A stretch of DNA of 64,000 nt. Source: Octopus vulgaris (lineage: Eukaryota). A program made the translations under genes and the position numbers. Below are positions 25,567-37,396 of this stretch, piece by piece. The notes below the pieces were generated by a model that saw only the letters and a program-made list of their open reading frames with translations, did no database searches and had not been told where the DNA came from. The number at the start of each line of letters is the position of its first letter. Positions within the stretch are counted from its first letter, which is position 1. Location of the stretch: contig OX597815.1 of assembly GCA_951406725.2 (NCBI GenBank), forward strand, positions 213,342,001 through 213,406,000. The letters run 5' to 3'.

Positions 25567-26018
25567 CTGTGTGCAAATATAATTGAACAGTTCCACTTAG
25601 TAAGGCTAATTTAGAAGTGCAAGTTTCATTATATTCCATAACATTTTTATAAGCAAAAAGGTGGTGTTTAGTACATAAATCAGTCATAATCAAGTAGACC
25701 TATGATCAAAGGCATTCTAGCTGTAACCTACCTGACTTTTTTTTCAGGTGTTCATGTATTTTGGATAACACTGTTGAATGTTTCCAGTTTTTTTTTAAGT
25801 TGGTATCTTTTATCTTTTACTTTTTTCAGTCACTAGACCGTGGGCATACAGAGACACTGCCTTGAAGAGATTTAGTTGAATGAATCAACCCCAGCACTTA
25901 TTTTTTAAGGCTAGTACTTATTCTATCAGTCACCTTTGCCAAACTGCTAAGTTACAGGGATGTAAACATACTAAAACTGGTTGTGAAGTAGTGGTGGGAG
26001 ACAAACAAAGACACACAC

Positions 26019-26057
<39 letters not shown>

Positions 26058-26067
26058 GATGGGCTTC

Positions 26068-27037
26068 TCAAAATTGCCATCTCCCCCCCCCCCCACTCTC
26101 TCAAATACCATGTCTCACTCCCATGCAGCATTGCAGCTCTCACTCAACTACAGACCCTTCCTTTCATCTTCAATGAGACCCCTTTTCCCATATAACAACG
26201 CTCCACATTCCCTGAACTTCACCCAGCCAAGTCTCGCTCTTGCTGTCACAGCTGCTTCACATCCACCACTTACATCCACTCTATCTGCCAAATAACAAAA
26301 CCCTCTCACCGTTTCCACCTCGTCACACAGTGTTTCCACTGATTTTGCCAGCCCCACCACCTCCTTTCTCACATCTTCCACAAACAGACTCCCTTGCCAG
26401 TCTTGGGGTCATCTTCTTCATTTTTGTACATCTACTAGGAATCCATTTCTCACATCTTGTACACAAGTACTATGCTTACAAAAATAAGTCCTGGAGTCGA
26501 TTTGCTCGACTAAAGGCAGTGCTCCAGCATGGCCACAGTCAAATGACTGAAACAAGTAACAGAGTAAACATCACATTTACCATTACCCTCTTCCCACATA
26601 CACCACATGGATTTACCTTACTCACTAACACTTCTCCTTCCACCCACTCACATTACCTTGGGACAGGTGAGAGAAATGTGTTGGGTAAAGCTGTTTGATA
26701 AGAGGTGGACAGAGGACTTGTTGGGGATGCTGGGGTTGGAGGAATCAGTGGAACGGCTGGAATGGAGTGAGGTGGTATGGGCATGTGTTGAGGAGGGATG
26801 AGGAGCATGTTCTGAAGAGGATGCTAGAGTTTGAGGTGAATGGATGGCAAAAGTGAGGTAGACCGAGGAAAATGTGGAAGGGACAGGTGGAGGGAGAGAT
26901 TGGGAGGGTTGGTTTGAGAAGGAGGGACATCCAAAACTGGGCAAGATGGCGAGATGGCGGTTGCTATGGCATTGAGGTAGATCCAGCCACCCCCATTAGC
27001 GGGGACAAAACCTGGATTCAAAATGATGGATGGATGG
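26068..27037. mobile_element. RTE-clade LINE 3' fragment with inverted 5' part
   Basis: Minus strand ~26662-26068 encodes PCGVCGK..CTRCEKW..C..CGRC and FCYL.D...GGCEAAVTARARLGWVKFRE..AMLHGSETW..EMAILR. Plus strand ~26663-27037 encodes VREMCWVKL..GVRWYGHVLRRD..GRPRKMW and ends in a (GATG)n tail. TSD atgatgggcttc at 26056-26067 and 27038-27049. Confidence 0.88.
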
Positions 27038-28129
27038 ATGATGGGCTTCATCCAGTTTCTGTCTACCAAATCCATTCACAAGGGCTTTGGTTGGTTCAAG
27101 GCTATAGCAGAAGACACTTGTCCAAGATGTCATGCAGTGGGACTGAACCTGGAACCTTGTAGTTGAGAAGCAAACTTCCTACCACACAGCCACACCTGCG
27201 CCTATGGTAGGGTGTAATTTGAAAAGAAATAGCGATTACTCCTTGTAGGTCAAGCAGCCATATAAAAGCTTCCTGGCCAGCTCATATATTAAGTTTATAG
27301 AGGTTTTAACAACCAACATAGAATTTATACTGATTCAAGAATGTCTGAGTATAAAAACTATGTTTCTTAAGTAAAATGTTAGTTTGAATTTACTTATAAA
27401 CCAGACATTTATCAGGTATCTTCCCTAATAGATGTGCATATTATTCATACTTAACATTTACCATCTATTCAGACACCACAGCAACATGTACTTTTTCAAG
27501 CCAACAAGGCAGGCATCTACATGGTCACTTAAACAGCTAGAAATAGGTGCCAAATATCTTTCAAATTACAACCTCTGTCTAAAAAACATTTAAAAAGATA
27601 AAAAATACTTGCCTTAAGTACTAGAAAAGCACTCAGAGGGTGCTGACCCCTACCAAGCAGCTCATTTCCACCCCTACCCAATTTCCCAAACCAATGCCAG
27701 CAAAAACATAACCTCCTCCCACACTTATCTCGACCATCATCATCATCAACACTGCTTCTGCTTTCACCACAATCACTGTCAAAACTACGATCACCACAAT
27801 CAGTTTTTTTACACAATCGAAATCCATTATCCGATACTCATGGGACCGAGATTGTTGCGGACTGTTGATTTTTCTAATTTCGGAGTGCTTTATTAAAAAA
27901 AAAATTGCATCTACAAAACGGAACAGTTTGAGGATAGAAACCAAGTCTAAACACAATAGCTTAAAGACATACTCTGAATGTAGTTCTATATAAATCTTTA
28001 ATAACTTTTTTTATACTTAAGACCATCAGAAATGTTAAGATATCAGCCTGTAACCATGTTGTTATGCTTTGATTAAAAGATTACAGCATAGATTAGATTA
28101 CTTAGATAAGTTTCGGTCGAAGTTGACTC

Positions 28130-28568
28130 AGGCCATGTCTGATTTAATAGCACCACCTGGAAGAGATACACAGTCAGCTCTGGGGAACCGTAGCCCATTC
28201 AAGCAGAGGGTTATTGTTTGCAGAGTGTGGGTGGTTTATCTGGTATTTGTTGTAGGTAATCATATCTAGGGATCGTTTGAATGCCGAGAAGTCACTTTCC
28301 CCCTTTATGTGTGTCTGGCACGATGTTGAAGAGAGCAGGGCCAATTGAGGTGAAATAATTCTGTCATAGTGTTGTTATACGACACGAACATTTCTATAGT
28401 GGACGGATGGCACGGGGGCCAAGCCTCGGACGAATTTTAAAGATGGGCAATGCTGATGGAATATTTTCCACATCATACAAAAGATATAGAGTTCACAGGT
28501 GCGGTGGAGGGAGCAAAGCCTGAGCTTTTTGAGTAGATCCCAATAGTCAAGGCTTGTCATGTTTATCC
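28130..28568 (-). mobile_element. CR1/Jockey-group LINE 3' fragment (degenerate)
   Basis: LDYWDLLKKLRLCSLHR...YIFCMMWKI resembles the L.Y.ERL..L.L.SL..RR motif of CR1-group ORF2 C-termini. Confidence 0.6.
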
Positions 28569-28569
28569 T

Positions 28570-28944
28570 CTGCAGACCTCCGCCAAGCAACTCATTTTAA
28601 GATAGATATGCGAGTAAAATTACTAATAGAGAAACGAAAATAAACTTTGGAATCAGCAACGCCACCATAGGTTACGGGGAAACGATGAACGTGTTTTCAT
28701 GGAGATAATCAAAGAACATAACTAATATTTCATGAAAGTAAATATAACAAGAATAATCCTTCAAGAATCCATAAAAATTCCTGGATCTCTACCAAAATTT
28801 CATTATCTGTTACTTGTGTAATTATCAACTTTTTCCGATAAGTTTCATCAAATACCATTCACAACCTTTTGAGTTATTTTGCACACAGACAGACAGACAA
28901 ACCAACACCAATGAAAACATAACCTCCTTCCTTGGCGGAGGTAA
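28570..28944 (+). mobile_element. Helentron-associated (HINE/DINE-1-like) non-autonomous element
   Basis: Perfect 12-bp subterminal inverted repeat acctccgccaag (28576-28587) / cttggcggaggt (28931-28942), terminal acctcc...ggaggt hairpin and an internal (acag)n tract. A degenerate 5' end of the same type lies near 27618-27665. Confidence 0.65.
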
Positions 28945-29861
28945 TTATGACCTACAAACTTAATAGCTTATTCGTAATAAAAATGAAAATAAATTCCAGA
29001 CAGTTTTACAGCATTTGTGTTGTGTTTTTGCATAAACTGTAAGCAAAGCCTGAAGATTCAAGGTCAAACTAAAACATTATTATTTCAATTGAGAAAAATA
29101 ATTTTGTGTGTGTTTTGTTTTGTTTCTTAATATAACAAAAATCTCAGACATTTGCAATACATCAGTGACAGAACATAATATAAAATCTCTGGTTTGAATT
29201 TGAATGAGCTCAAAGTTCCACCATTGGTAAAAATGGTCAAAAAGTGATTATCTGAAGAAATTAAGTATCTTAGTTAATATTCTTAATGTAAAACTTCTTG
29301 AAAGGTATTCAGCATCCTGAGTGCATCTTTCTTGCATCTTCTTGAAAATAGATTTGACATCAACAATTACTTTAGTTATACTCCATCATTCCACTTAATT
29401 CGGAATATTTTGTAGATGTAAGCATTCTTCAAACTGTTCAAGTGGCCCTGTCTACTTCTCCGATCATTGGGTATTTGATACCCTTAATATGACTGTGAGG
29501 AGTTTGCAGGGGGTGAATGGGAAGGAATATAATCCTGATTATGGCATGTGGTGGTCAGCATGTTAGCAATGATTTCATGCTGACTATTGCACCTGACAAA
29601 CTTTTACTCTGAGTTTCATGTCACTGATCGTCAGACAGAAGTCAACTTTTAGAACATACCTATGGTTTATCATAAATCATTGTAAACCATTATATTGTTC
29701 CAGAAGTTTCCTTCTGACAGATGATTAGTGGTAGGAAAGTTGGAACAACAGCTTGGAAAAATTTTCAGCTTTAAAAAAACACTACATTTCACTCTATCTT
29801 TAATATTTGAGGAGATACTATTTTTTCCATCTTGATTTGTACCTATGCTCACATTTCTCTT

Positions 29862-29938
<77 letters not shown>

Positions 29939-30325
29939 AGAAAGGAAAGAAAAAGAGAAAGAAAGACTGTTAGAGACGGGTGTATATAGTAATTTATACA
30001 TTAGATAAATATCATGGCTGGATATGTTTATACCAAAGACTAGAAACAAAGGACTTGTATATTTGTGAGCCAGTGATACTTGTTAATAAGTATCTCATGA
30101 CGTCAAGACAAGGAGATACAAACAAATACACACACACACACGTCCGTGTACATGTGTACACACACACATGTACATTTGATAAGCTCCTTTCAGTTTCCAT
30201 TGACCAAATCCTCATACAAGATTGTTTTGACCTAGGACTAAAGAAGAAGACACTCACCCAAAGAGCAATGTAGTGAAAAACTATGTGCTTGAGAAGTAAA
30301 CTTTTTAACTAAACAGCTATACTAC

Positions 30326-30365
<40 letters not shown>

Positions 30366-30369
30366 GAGA

Positions 30370-31330
30370 AAGTGGTAAGCTGGCAGAATCGTTAGCATGC
30401 TGACTGAAATGCTCAGCAGTATTCTGTCTGCTGCTATGTTCTGAGTTCAAATTCTGCTGAGGTCAACTTTGCCTTTCATCCTTTTGGGGTCGATAAATTA
30501 AGTATCATTTGCGTACTGGAGTCGATCTAATTGACTGGCCCCCCTCCCCAAAAATTTCGGGCTTTGTGCCTAGAGTAGAAAAGAATAAATTAAGTACCAG
30601 TCAAGTACTGGGGTCAATGTGATTGAATTACTCCTTCCCCCAAAATTTCAGGCTATAAAAATAGACACTGGGCTTGATGTGTAAGAAGTGGCAAATTAAC
30701 AGAATCGTTAACATGCTGGGTGATATGCTTAGCAGCATTTTCATCTGTCTTTACATTCTGAGTTCAAATTCCACCAAAGTTGACTTTGCCTTTCATCCTT
30801 TTGGGGTTGATGAAATAAGTTGAACACTGAGATTGATATAAACTGACTAGCCTCCATCCCCCAAATTTTAGGCCTTGTGCCTATGGTAGAAAGGATTATT
30901 ATTATTATTATTATTAAAGGGTGAACTGGCAGAATCATTACACCAGGCAAAATATTTAGCAACATTTTGTCCATTTTTATAGTTTGAGTTCAAATTCTGG
31001 CCAAACAACTTAGCCTTTCATCTTTTTGGGATTGATGAAATAAGTACTAGTTGAACAGTGGGGTTGATGTCATCTACAAGCCCTGCACCCACCAAATTTC
31101 AGGCCTTATGCCAAAAATTGAAACCATTATGAATATTAAGGCAGTGGGCAAAATGCTTAGTGGCATTTCATTTGTTTTTACATTCCAAGTTCAAATCCCA
31201 CAGAGGTTGATTTTGCCTTTCATCCTTTTGGGGTCAATGAAATAAGTACCAGTTGGGATTAGACTCCCCTCCACCCACAAAAACATTTAGGTCCTGTGCC
31301 TCTAGTAGAAAGGATTATTATTATTATTAT
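30370..31330 (+). mobile_element. Head-to-tail array of ~4-5 SINE family B copies separated by (TAT)n
   Basis: Repeated gagttcaaattc...ctttcatccttttgggg...taagtac units; similar arrays at ~9410-10220 (+), ~12940-13790 (-) and ~58680-60480 (+). Confidence 0.75.
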
Positions 31331-32400
31331 TTATTATTATTATTATTGTTGTTGCTGTTGCTGTCACTTTGCTGAAGAGTTTATGGGTCCATCTTTTTGA
31401 CATTCCCGACATTAGTGTATTTTAATCCTATTAAGATTTACAAAATCTCTATTTATACCCTGTGAACAGATAGTTGTTTTCCTTCTTTTACAAAACAAAA
31501 CTGATGGTTACTTCCAGGTTTAAAATTTCTTGCTGTTAGTAGGAAGGGGGTGAAACCTATGACCTTTATTGACCCTGTAAGTGTGATGAGATTTGGAGAT
31601 TGATGTTCTGTTTAAACATTTATAAAAAAAAAAAGAACAACAAAAAAATCTCAACAAAGTTATTCTTTCTTTCTTTCATTTGGAAAATTCCTTGTGAAAG
31701 AAAGAGGCCAGAAGAGAGAGAGATATCAAGCTTCCCTTTAAGATAAACATCTATATTCATGTTCCATCCAATCGAGTAGTAAGTTATTTGTCCAAATAAC
31801 TTGACAAACATAATGCTGTACATTGTATCTTTTATCCTTTTTCTCATTTGAATATCCCACCCAGTTGGATATTTTTTTTATACTTCTTTCAGAAAAATAC
31901 TGTAGAATAACAGTTTGAAAACTTTTTGTGCCACTTTTTGACCAGTTTCAGCTCTTAAACAAACAACTCAGTCGAAAGTGAAAATTAAAAGTATCCAGTT
32001 TAAATTAATACACAGCAAATAGGTTTTAAAAATCTCTTGAAAGTAAGATGGGAATTCATAAAAGAAATTCTAGGAAGATATTTAATACAAGAAACTAAAA
32101 TAGCGACTCGTTACTAAAGCAAAAGAAGGTACATAGACTTCCTTACCAGTTCAATACACTTGGTTATTAAAAACCAAGTCAACTGCAATTTCATTAACAG
32201 GCAACCAACCATAGTAACTCAGCTTGAAAACGCTGCTATTAAATTGCTTTATGTAACAGATTTTTCATAAGAGAAGAATTCCTCTCTTCTCAATTATAAA
32301 ACACAAAGATATGTACAAACAATATTGATTAACTAATGCAACTGCTATTATTGTTTTAGAGCAGCAACTAACAGACTAGCAGAAAATTTGAGTGTGTGTG

Positions 32401-32460
<60 letters not shown>

Positions 32461-34406
32461 CTCTCACGTCTCTCAAAGGTTCTTTGTCTTGCAAGTTACA
32501 TGGTGACCCTGCCAGTGTTGGTAATACAAAATATGAACATTCTGAATTTTTTTTTTGTTTTTAAAGTTATTTGCAAATTAAATTTAAAGTAGAAGAACAC
32601 ATTTTTCAAAATCCTTATTATTATTATTTGATGCTTGTTTTCCATGCTGGCAGGGGTTGAATGGTTCAACAAAAGCCAGCAAGCCAGAGGACTGTGCCAA
32701 ACCCCAATGCGAGGAATGTCTGTAGAAGAACTAATGCCAACCATGTCACAGTGTCCTCGATACTTTTTATAAGGCACCGACACCACTGGGGTCACCAAGT
32801 AACTCACAAAACTTGGTGACTTCACTAGTGCTGTTGCCATGCACTATATGTGTGTGTGTGTGTGTGTGTGTTTGTGAATGCGTACTATAAAGTTTATAGC
32901 GTTTGTAATAGAACAAGTCATAGGCTGACAATGATAGTTCAGTGAGAGAGAACTAATGATAGAAAAATGTAAAAAAGACAAAAGACAAAGCATGCAGGGC
33001 CAACTTGTCTTCCTTTTGCTGATTTATATAACGAAAACTGTACAGTCAGAATATTTGTGCCATCTGTATGTGTGTGTGTGTGTGTGTGTGTGCCACTGTT
33101 TTAATCTGCTTTCTGTGCTGGCATGAGTTGGACAGGTTTTCATGCTCCAATGCTTCCAGTAAGTTTTTATTCAGAGTTGTCCAGAGATACGTTGGGAGAC
33201 TATGTCTTATTTGAACATGGCTAAATTTAGCATTGCTTCTATAACAGGATGTCTTTCCTTTCTTCGACTATTGCAAGCGAGTGTACTACTGCTTGCATTT
33301 TACTGTGGTATCATCAGCCACAAATGAGGCAAGACTAAGGGTTGTTTCAACTCTACATTGTCTCCACTCATTCACCAACCACTTTACTGAGTCTTTTTTC
33401 TTTTTTATCCCAACACTAGAACTAATGCAGTTTGCCTTGTAAGTTACAAAATAAAAGGGCTCCCCACTGCATTGAGTTTCTTCCATTCATATGGAGCAAT
33501 GGTGACTAACTGAGAGGATAGAAGTGAGGCTGTCTGTGGAAGAACTAGCAGGAAAAAAAAAAGATAAAGGAAAAAGAGTATGAAGGAGACAGGATGAAAG
33601 GGGTGGCAACGTGGAAGGAGAGGGAGGGAGGGAAGGGGACGTGCGAGAAGAGCAACAGAAGAGACAATATTAATAGGATGTAATGAGACAGTAATGATAC
33701 GGATTATGAGAGTGGAAGCTGGCAATTTAGAAGCGTAATGTTAGGTTGGTTGGAGAGAGCATGAGTGATGAGTAGTCACATACATGTATGTAGGTATGCA
33801 TGCGTGTGTGTGTGTGTGTGTGTGTGTATCTATCTATCCATCCATCCATCCATCTCTACTTACCTACCTATCTACACACACACGCACGCACATGCACACA
33901 CACAGAGGAGTCTCTCAATGTAATTGCTCAGTTTGTTTCGATTTAGAAAAGGTAGGAGTCTGTATGTGAGTCTGTCTGAAAAAGCAGTTAAACTGCCCTC
34001 AAATCACATTCTGCCACCATGCAAGGAAAAAAAAGGACATTTTTGGATACTGTAGCCAGTCTGAGTGAAACTATGCCTTAAAGGTTGGATGCTTATAACT
34101 AAAACACCTTTAATCGAAAGTTTGTTTGATCAGGACTTACCTGAGGACTAAACAACAACAATAACAACTGTCTCATAATAATTAAGGCTACAGGCATGGC
34201 TATATTAGAACTATTTGTTAAGCCAAGTTAACTATTAGTAGAGGTATAGGCATGACTATGTGGTCAAGAAACTCACTTTGAAGCCACTCAGTTTCATGTT
34301 AAGTTCCAATGAACAGCATCTTGGATGAGTGTCTCTACTTTAGCCCTGGATCAAGCAATGGTTTGTGAGTGAATTTGGTAGATGGAAACTTTGTGGAAGC
34401 CCATTA

Positions 34407-34442
<36 letters not shown>

Positions 34443-34830
34443 GGCGTAGGAGTGGCTGTGTGGTAAGTAGCTTGCTTATGAACCGCATGGTTCCGGGTTC
34501 AGTCCCACTGCGTGGCACCTGGGGCAAGTGTCTTCTACCATAGCCTTGGGCCAACCAAAGCCTTGTGAATGGATTTGGGAGACAGAAACTGAAAGAATCC
34601 CATCATAGATATGCATATATGTGTGTGTGTCTGTGTTTGTCCCCCCAACATAACTTGACAACTGATGTTGGTGTGTTTACGTCCCTGCATCTTAGCGGTT
34701 CAGCAAAAGAGGCCAATAGAATAAGTACTAGGCTTACTAAGAATAAGTCCTGGTGTCGATTTGCTTGACTAAAGGTGGTGCTCCAGCATGGCCACAGTCA
34801 AATGACTGAAATAAGTAAAAGAGTAAAAGA
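34443..34830 (+). mobile_element. SINE family A, full-length
   Basis: Collinear with 8985-9394 and 49500-49896. Confidence 0.85.
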
Positions 34831-35180
34831 TATATATATATATATATATATATATATCTTTCTATGTTTTTTCTTTTATCTGTGTTTGTTATGCCTCAAC
34901 ATCTGACAACTGATGTTAGTTTGTTTATGTCCCCATGTCCAAGAGATTAATAAAATAGATACTAAATTTTAAAATAAAAATAAGTACTGGCATTGATTTA
35001 TTTAACTAAAACCCTTCAGGGCAGTACCCCAACATGGCCACAGTCCAATGACTGAAATAATTAAAAGATAAAATATTTAGTACAGTGCAACAGAAAAAAA
35101 AAAAACTAAGTGGAAATAATTATGTAGTGAGGAAAAACAATGTTAGTTAATGGCTAATACTATGGCAAATATGGGTGACA

Positions 35181-35224
35181 GCTCTGGACATGTTTCGACC
35201 TTATTGTGATCTCATCAGCAAAGC
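35181..35224 (-). ncRNA. Minimal type I hammerhead ribozyme motif (Penelope-like class)
   Basis: Minus strand reads GCUUUG-CUGAUGA-GAUC-ACAAUAA-GGUC-GAAA-CAUG-UC-CAGAGC: intact core, 4-bp stem II, palindromic stem III (ACAUGU), GUC triplet, 6-bp stem I. Confidence 0.85.
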
Positions 35225-35789
35225 ATAGGTTTCCCTGTACTTATTAAAGAAATGTTAGAAAAAAAAATCACGGAATAATGTACAAGAATGGACAAGTATG
35301 CAGAAACAAAAAAAAATTGAATTGTTTAGAGAATAAATAATTCAGTGATATTATTCATAAAAATAAATAAGTTACGTAACTTATGGAGGGAACATTAAAG
35401 AGTTAACTATAAATGATTATTATAAGCTGTTTTTTTTCTGTAGATTTTATTTAATTTTTATATTTACTACATTTTTCTAATGTTTTGTGACTGAAGTGGA
35501 ATGTTGCATGTCACCAATGCTATTCCTATAAACTTCAGAATAAAATAATAGACTTTATAAACAAAACAACGGTACATTGTTTTTTTAACAATTATTTTTT
35601 AAATAATTGACTAAAGATTACTTTTTCACTTGTTTGCATTCTTATTGCAAAAGTTTATAATATACATGTATAAAAAAAATCACTTTATGAACAAATCAAC
35701 ATTTATTCATATTTTATAATAATGATAAAGAGATGTTATATAGCAGTAGAGCGTCAAACACAATATCCACTTTATATTAAGTATGCCAA

Positions 35790-36134
35790 CCCTGCCTTGA
35801 ATGGCTTCTGTGCCGGTGGCACATAAAAAGCACCATCCGAACGTGGCTGATGCCAGCACCGCCTCGACTGGCTTCTGTGCCAGTGGCACATAAAAAGCAC
35901 CAACCAATCGTGGCCGATGCCAGACCCCCTTTGGCACCTGTGCAGGTGGCACGTAAAAAGCACCCACTACACTCGCGGAGTGGTTGGCGTTAGGAAGGGC
36001 ATCGAGCTGTAGAAACACTGCCAGATCAGACTGGAGCCTGGAGCAGCCCTGGCTCCCCAGACCCCGGTTGAACCGTCCAACCCGTGCTAGCGCGGAAAAC
36101 GGACGTTAAACGATGATGATGATGATGATGATGA
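35790..36134 (+). mobile_element. SINE/LINE-tail family E with (GAT)n tail and internal tandem units
   Basis: Three gtgcc.gtggcac.taaaaagcacc units, then ggcgttaggaagggcatc...cggacgttaaacgatgatgat; relatives at 276-430 (+) and 12070-12426 (-). Confidence 0.75.
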
Positions 36135-37255
36135 TTTGTTACATTCCTTTACATTCTGAGTTCAAATCCTGCTTAGATCCACTTTGCCTTTTATCCTTCT
36201 GAGGTTAATAAAAATAAGTACAGCTCAAAATAAATCCTTGACTCAACATAATCCACCCTAGAAGGTCCTGAAAGGGTGAAAGGTAAAGCCAACCTTGGTA
36301 GAATTAGAACTCAGAATGCAAAGATGGACAAAGGTGCTGCTAAGCATTTCATCTCTTGCGCTAATGATTCTGCCAAATTGCCACTTTGATGATGATGATG
36401 ATGATGATAATGATTGTGGTAGTGGCATTTCAAATTTTTGTACAGGGTCAGCAGTTTTTGAGGAGAGTGAGGAAGTTAATTACATCGACCCCCTCCCCCC
36501 AATACTTGACAGGAACTTATTTTATTGACCCCGAAAGGGTGAAAGGAAAAGTTGACCCTGGCCGATTCTGAAATCAGAACTAAAGATGGAGGAAGACAAA
36601 GAAGAAGAAAAAAAAGAAGAAGAAGATGAAGACAAACTGAGAGATTCGATGTTACATGCTACTCCATTTCCTAAAGATGATTTCCAGAAACTCAGAGTAG
36701 CAAATATGTAACATTGAATTTGTTTTTTTACTTGAAATGTAAATACACCCAATTATCATAGAACAGAGTATTCTTCTTTTGTGTTTGTTCAAGCTAGTAT
36801 CATATTTCAGAGTTGTACTTATCTGGCAAGTGATTTGATCTGAGACTGTGTGCTGAATGCAATTACAGCCTGGAAAACTCATTAATGCCATTCAGAAAAT
36901 ACACACAATAATGGTGATTCATTTAATCATTTGTTATTTATGTCAAAATTTTTTATCACTCTATCTGTGACCAGGTTACTGACATAATTCCATTGCAACT
37001 TTTACATACATATAGATATATAGTCCAAATTTACAGAAAACAAAAGACGAAGACAGGTGAGGAAACAACAAGCAGGTGTATTAATTTGAAGTTTGGGAAG
37101 AATAGATAAGTCTTCGATGTTTTGAGCCTCAACTCTTTAACAGAAAGGGTTGAGAGGAAAAAAATAGAGAGAGAATGAAAAATAAACGGAGAGAGAAAAA
37201 TATGCGTAGGGATTAATGGTTCAAAATGATGACAGGACCGGAAGAAAGAGGCTGA

Positions 37256-37297
<42 letters not shown>

Positions 37298-37360
37298 CGT
37301 GTGTACCGTTGTTGATTTTTTTCCTCTGTCTTTCTTTCCTTGGATCTTTCCTTTTCCTAT

Positions 37361-37396
37361 GTTTCTGACGAAGAGCTTCGCTCGAAACGTTAAATC
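37361..37396 (+). ncRNA. Degenerate minimal hammerhead motif in a Penelope-like terminal fragment
   Basis: GTTT-CTGACGA-A-GAGC-TTC-GCTC-GAAA-CGTT-A. Stem II and the palindrome AACGTT are present; there is an extra A in the core and stem I is weak. Confidence 0.55.

Noticed and set aside
29600-29640. Minus-strand CTGACGA...GAAA-CTCAGAG-TA
   Set aside because: Stem II and stem I do not pair convincingly.
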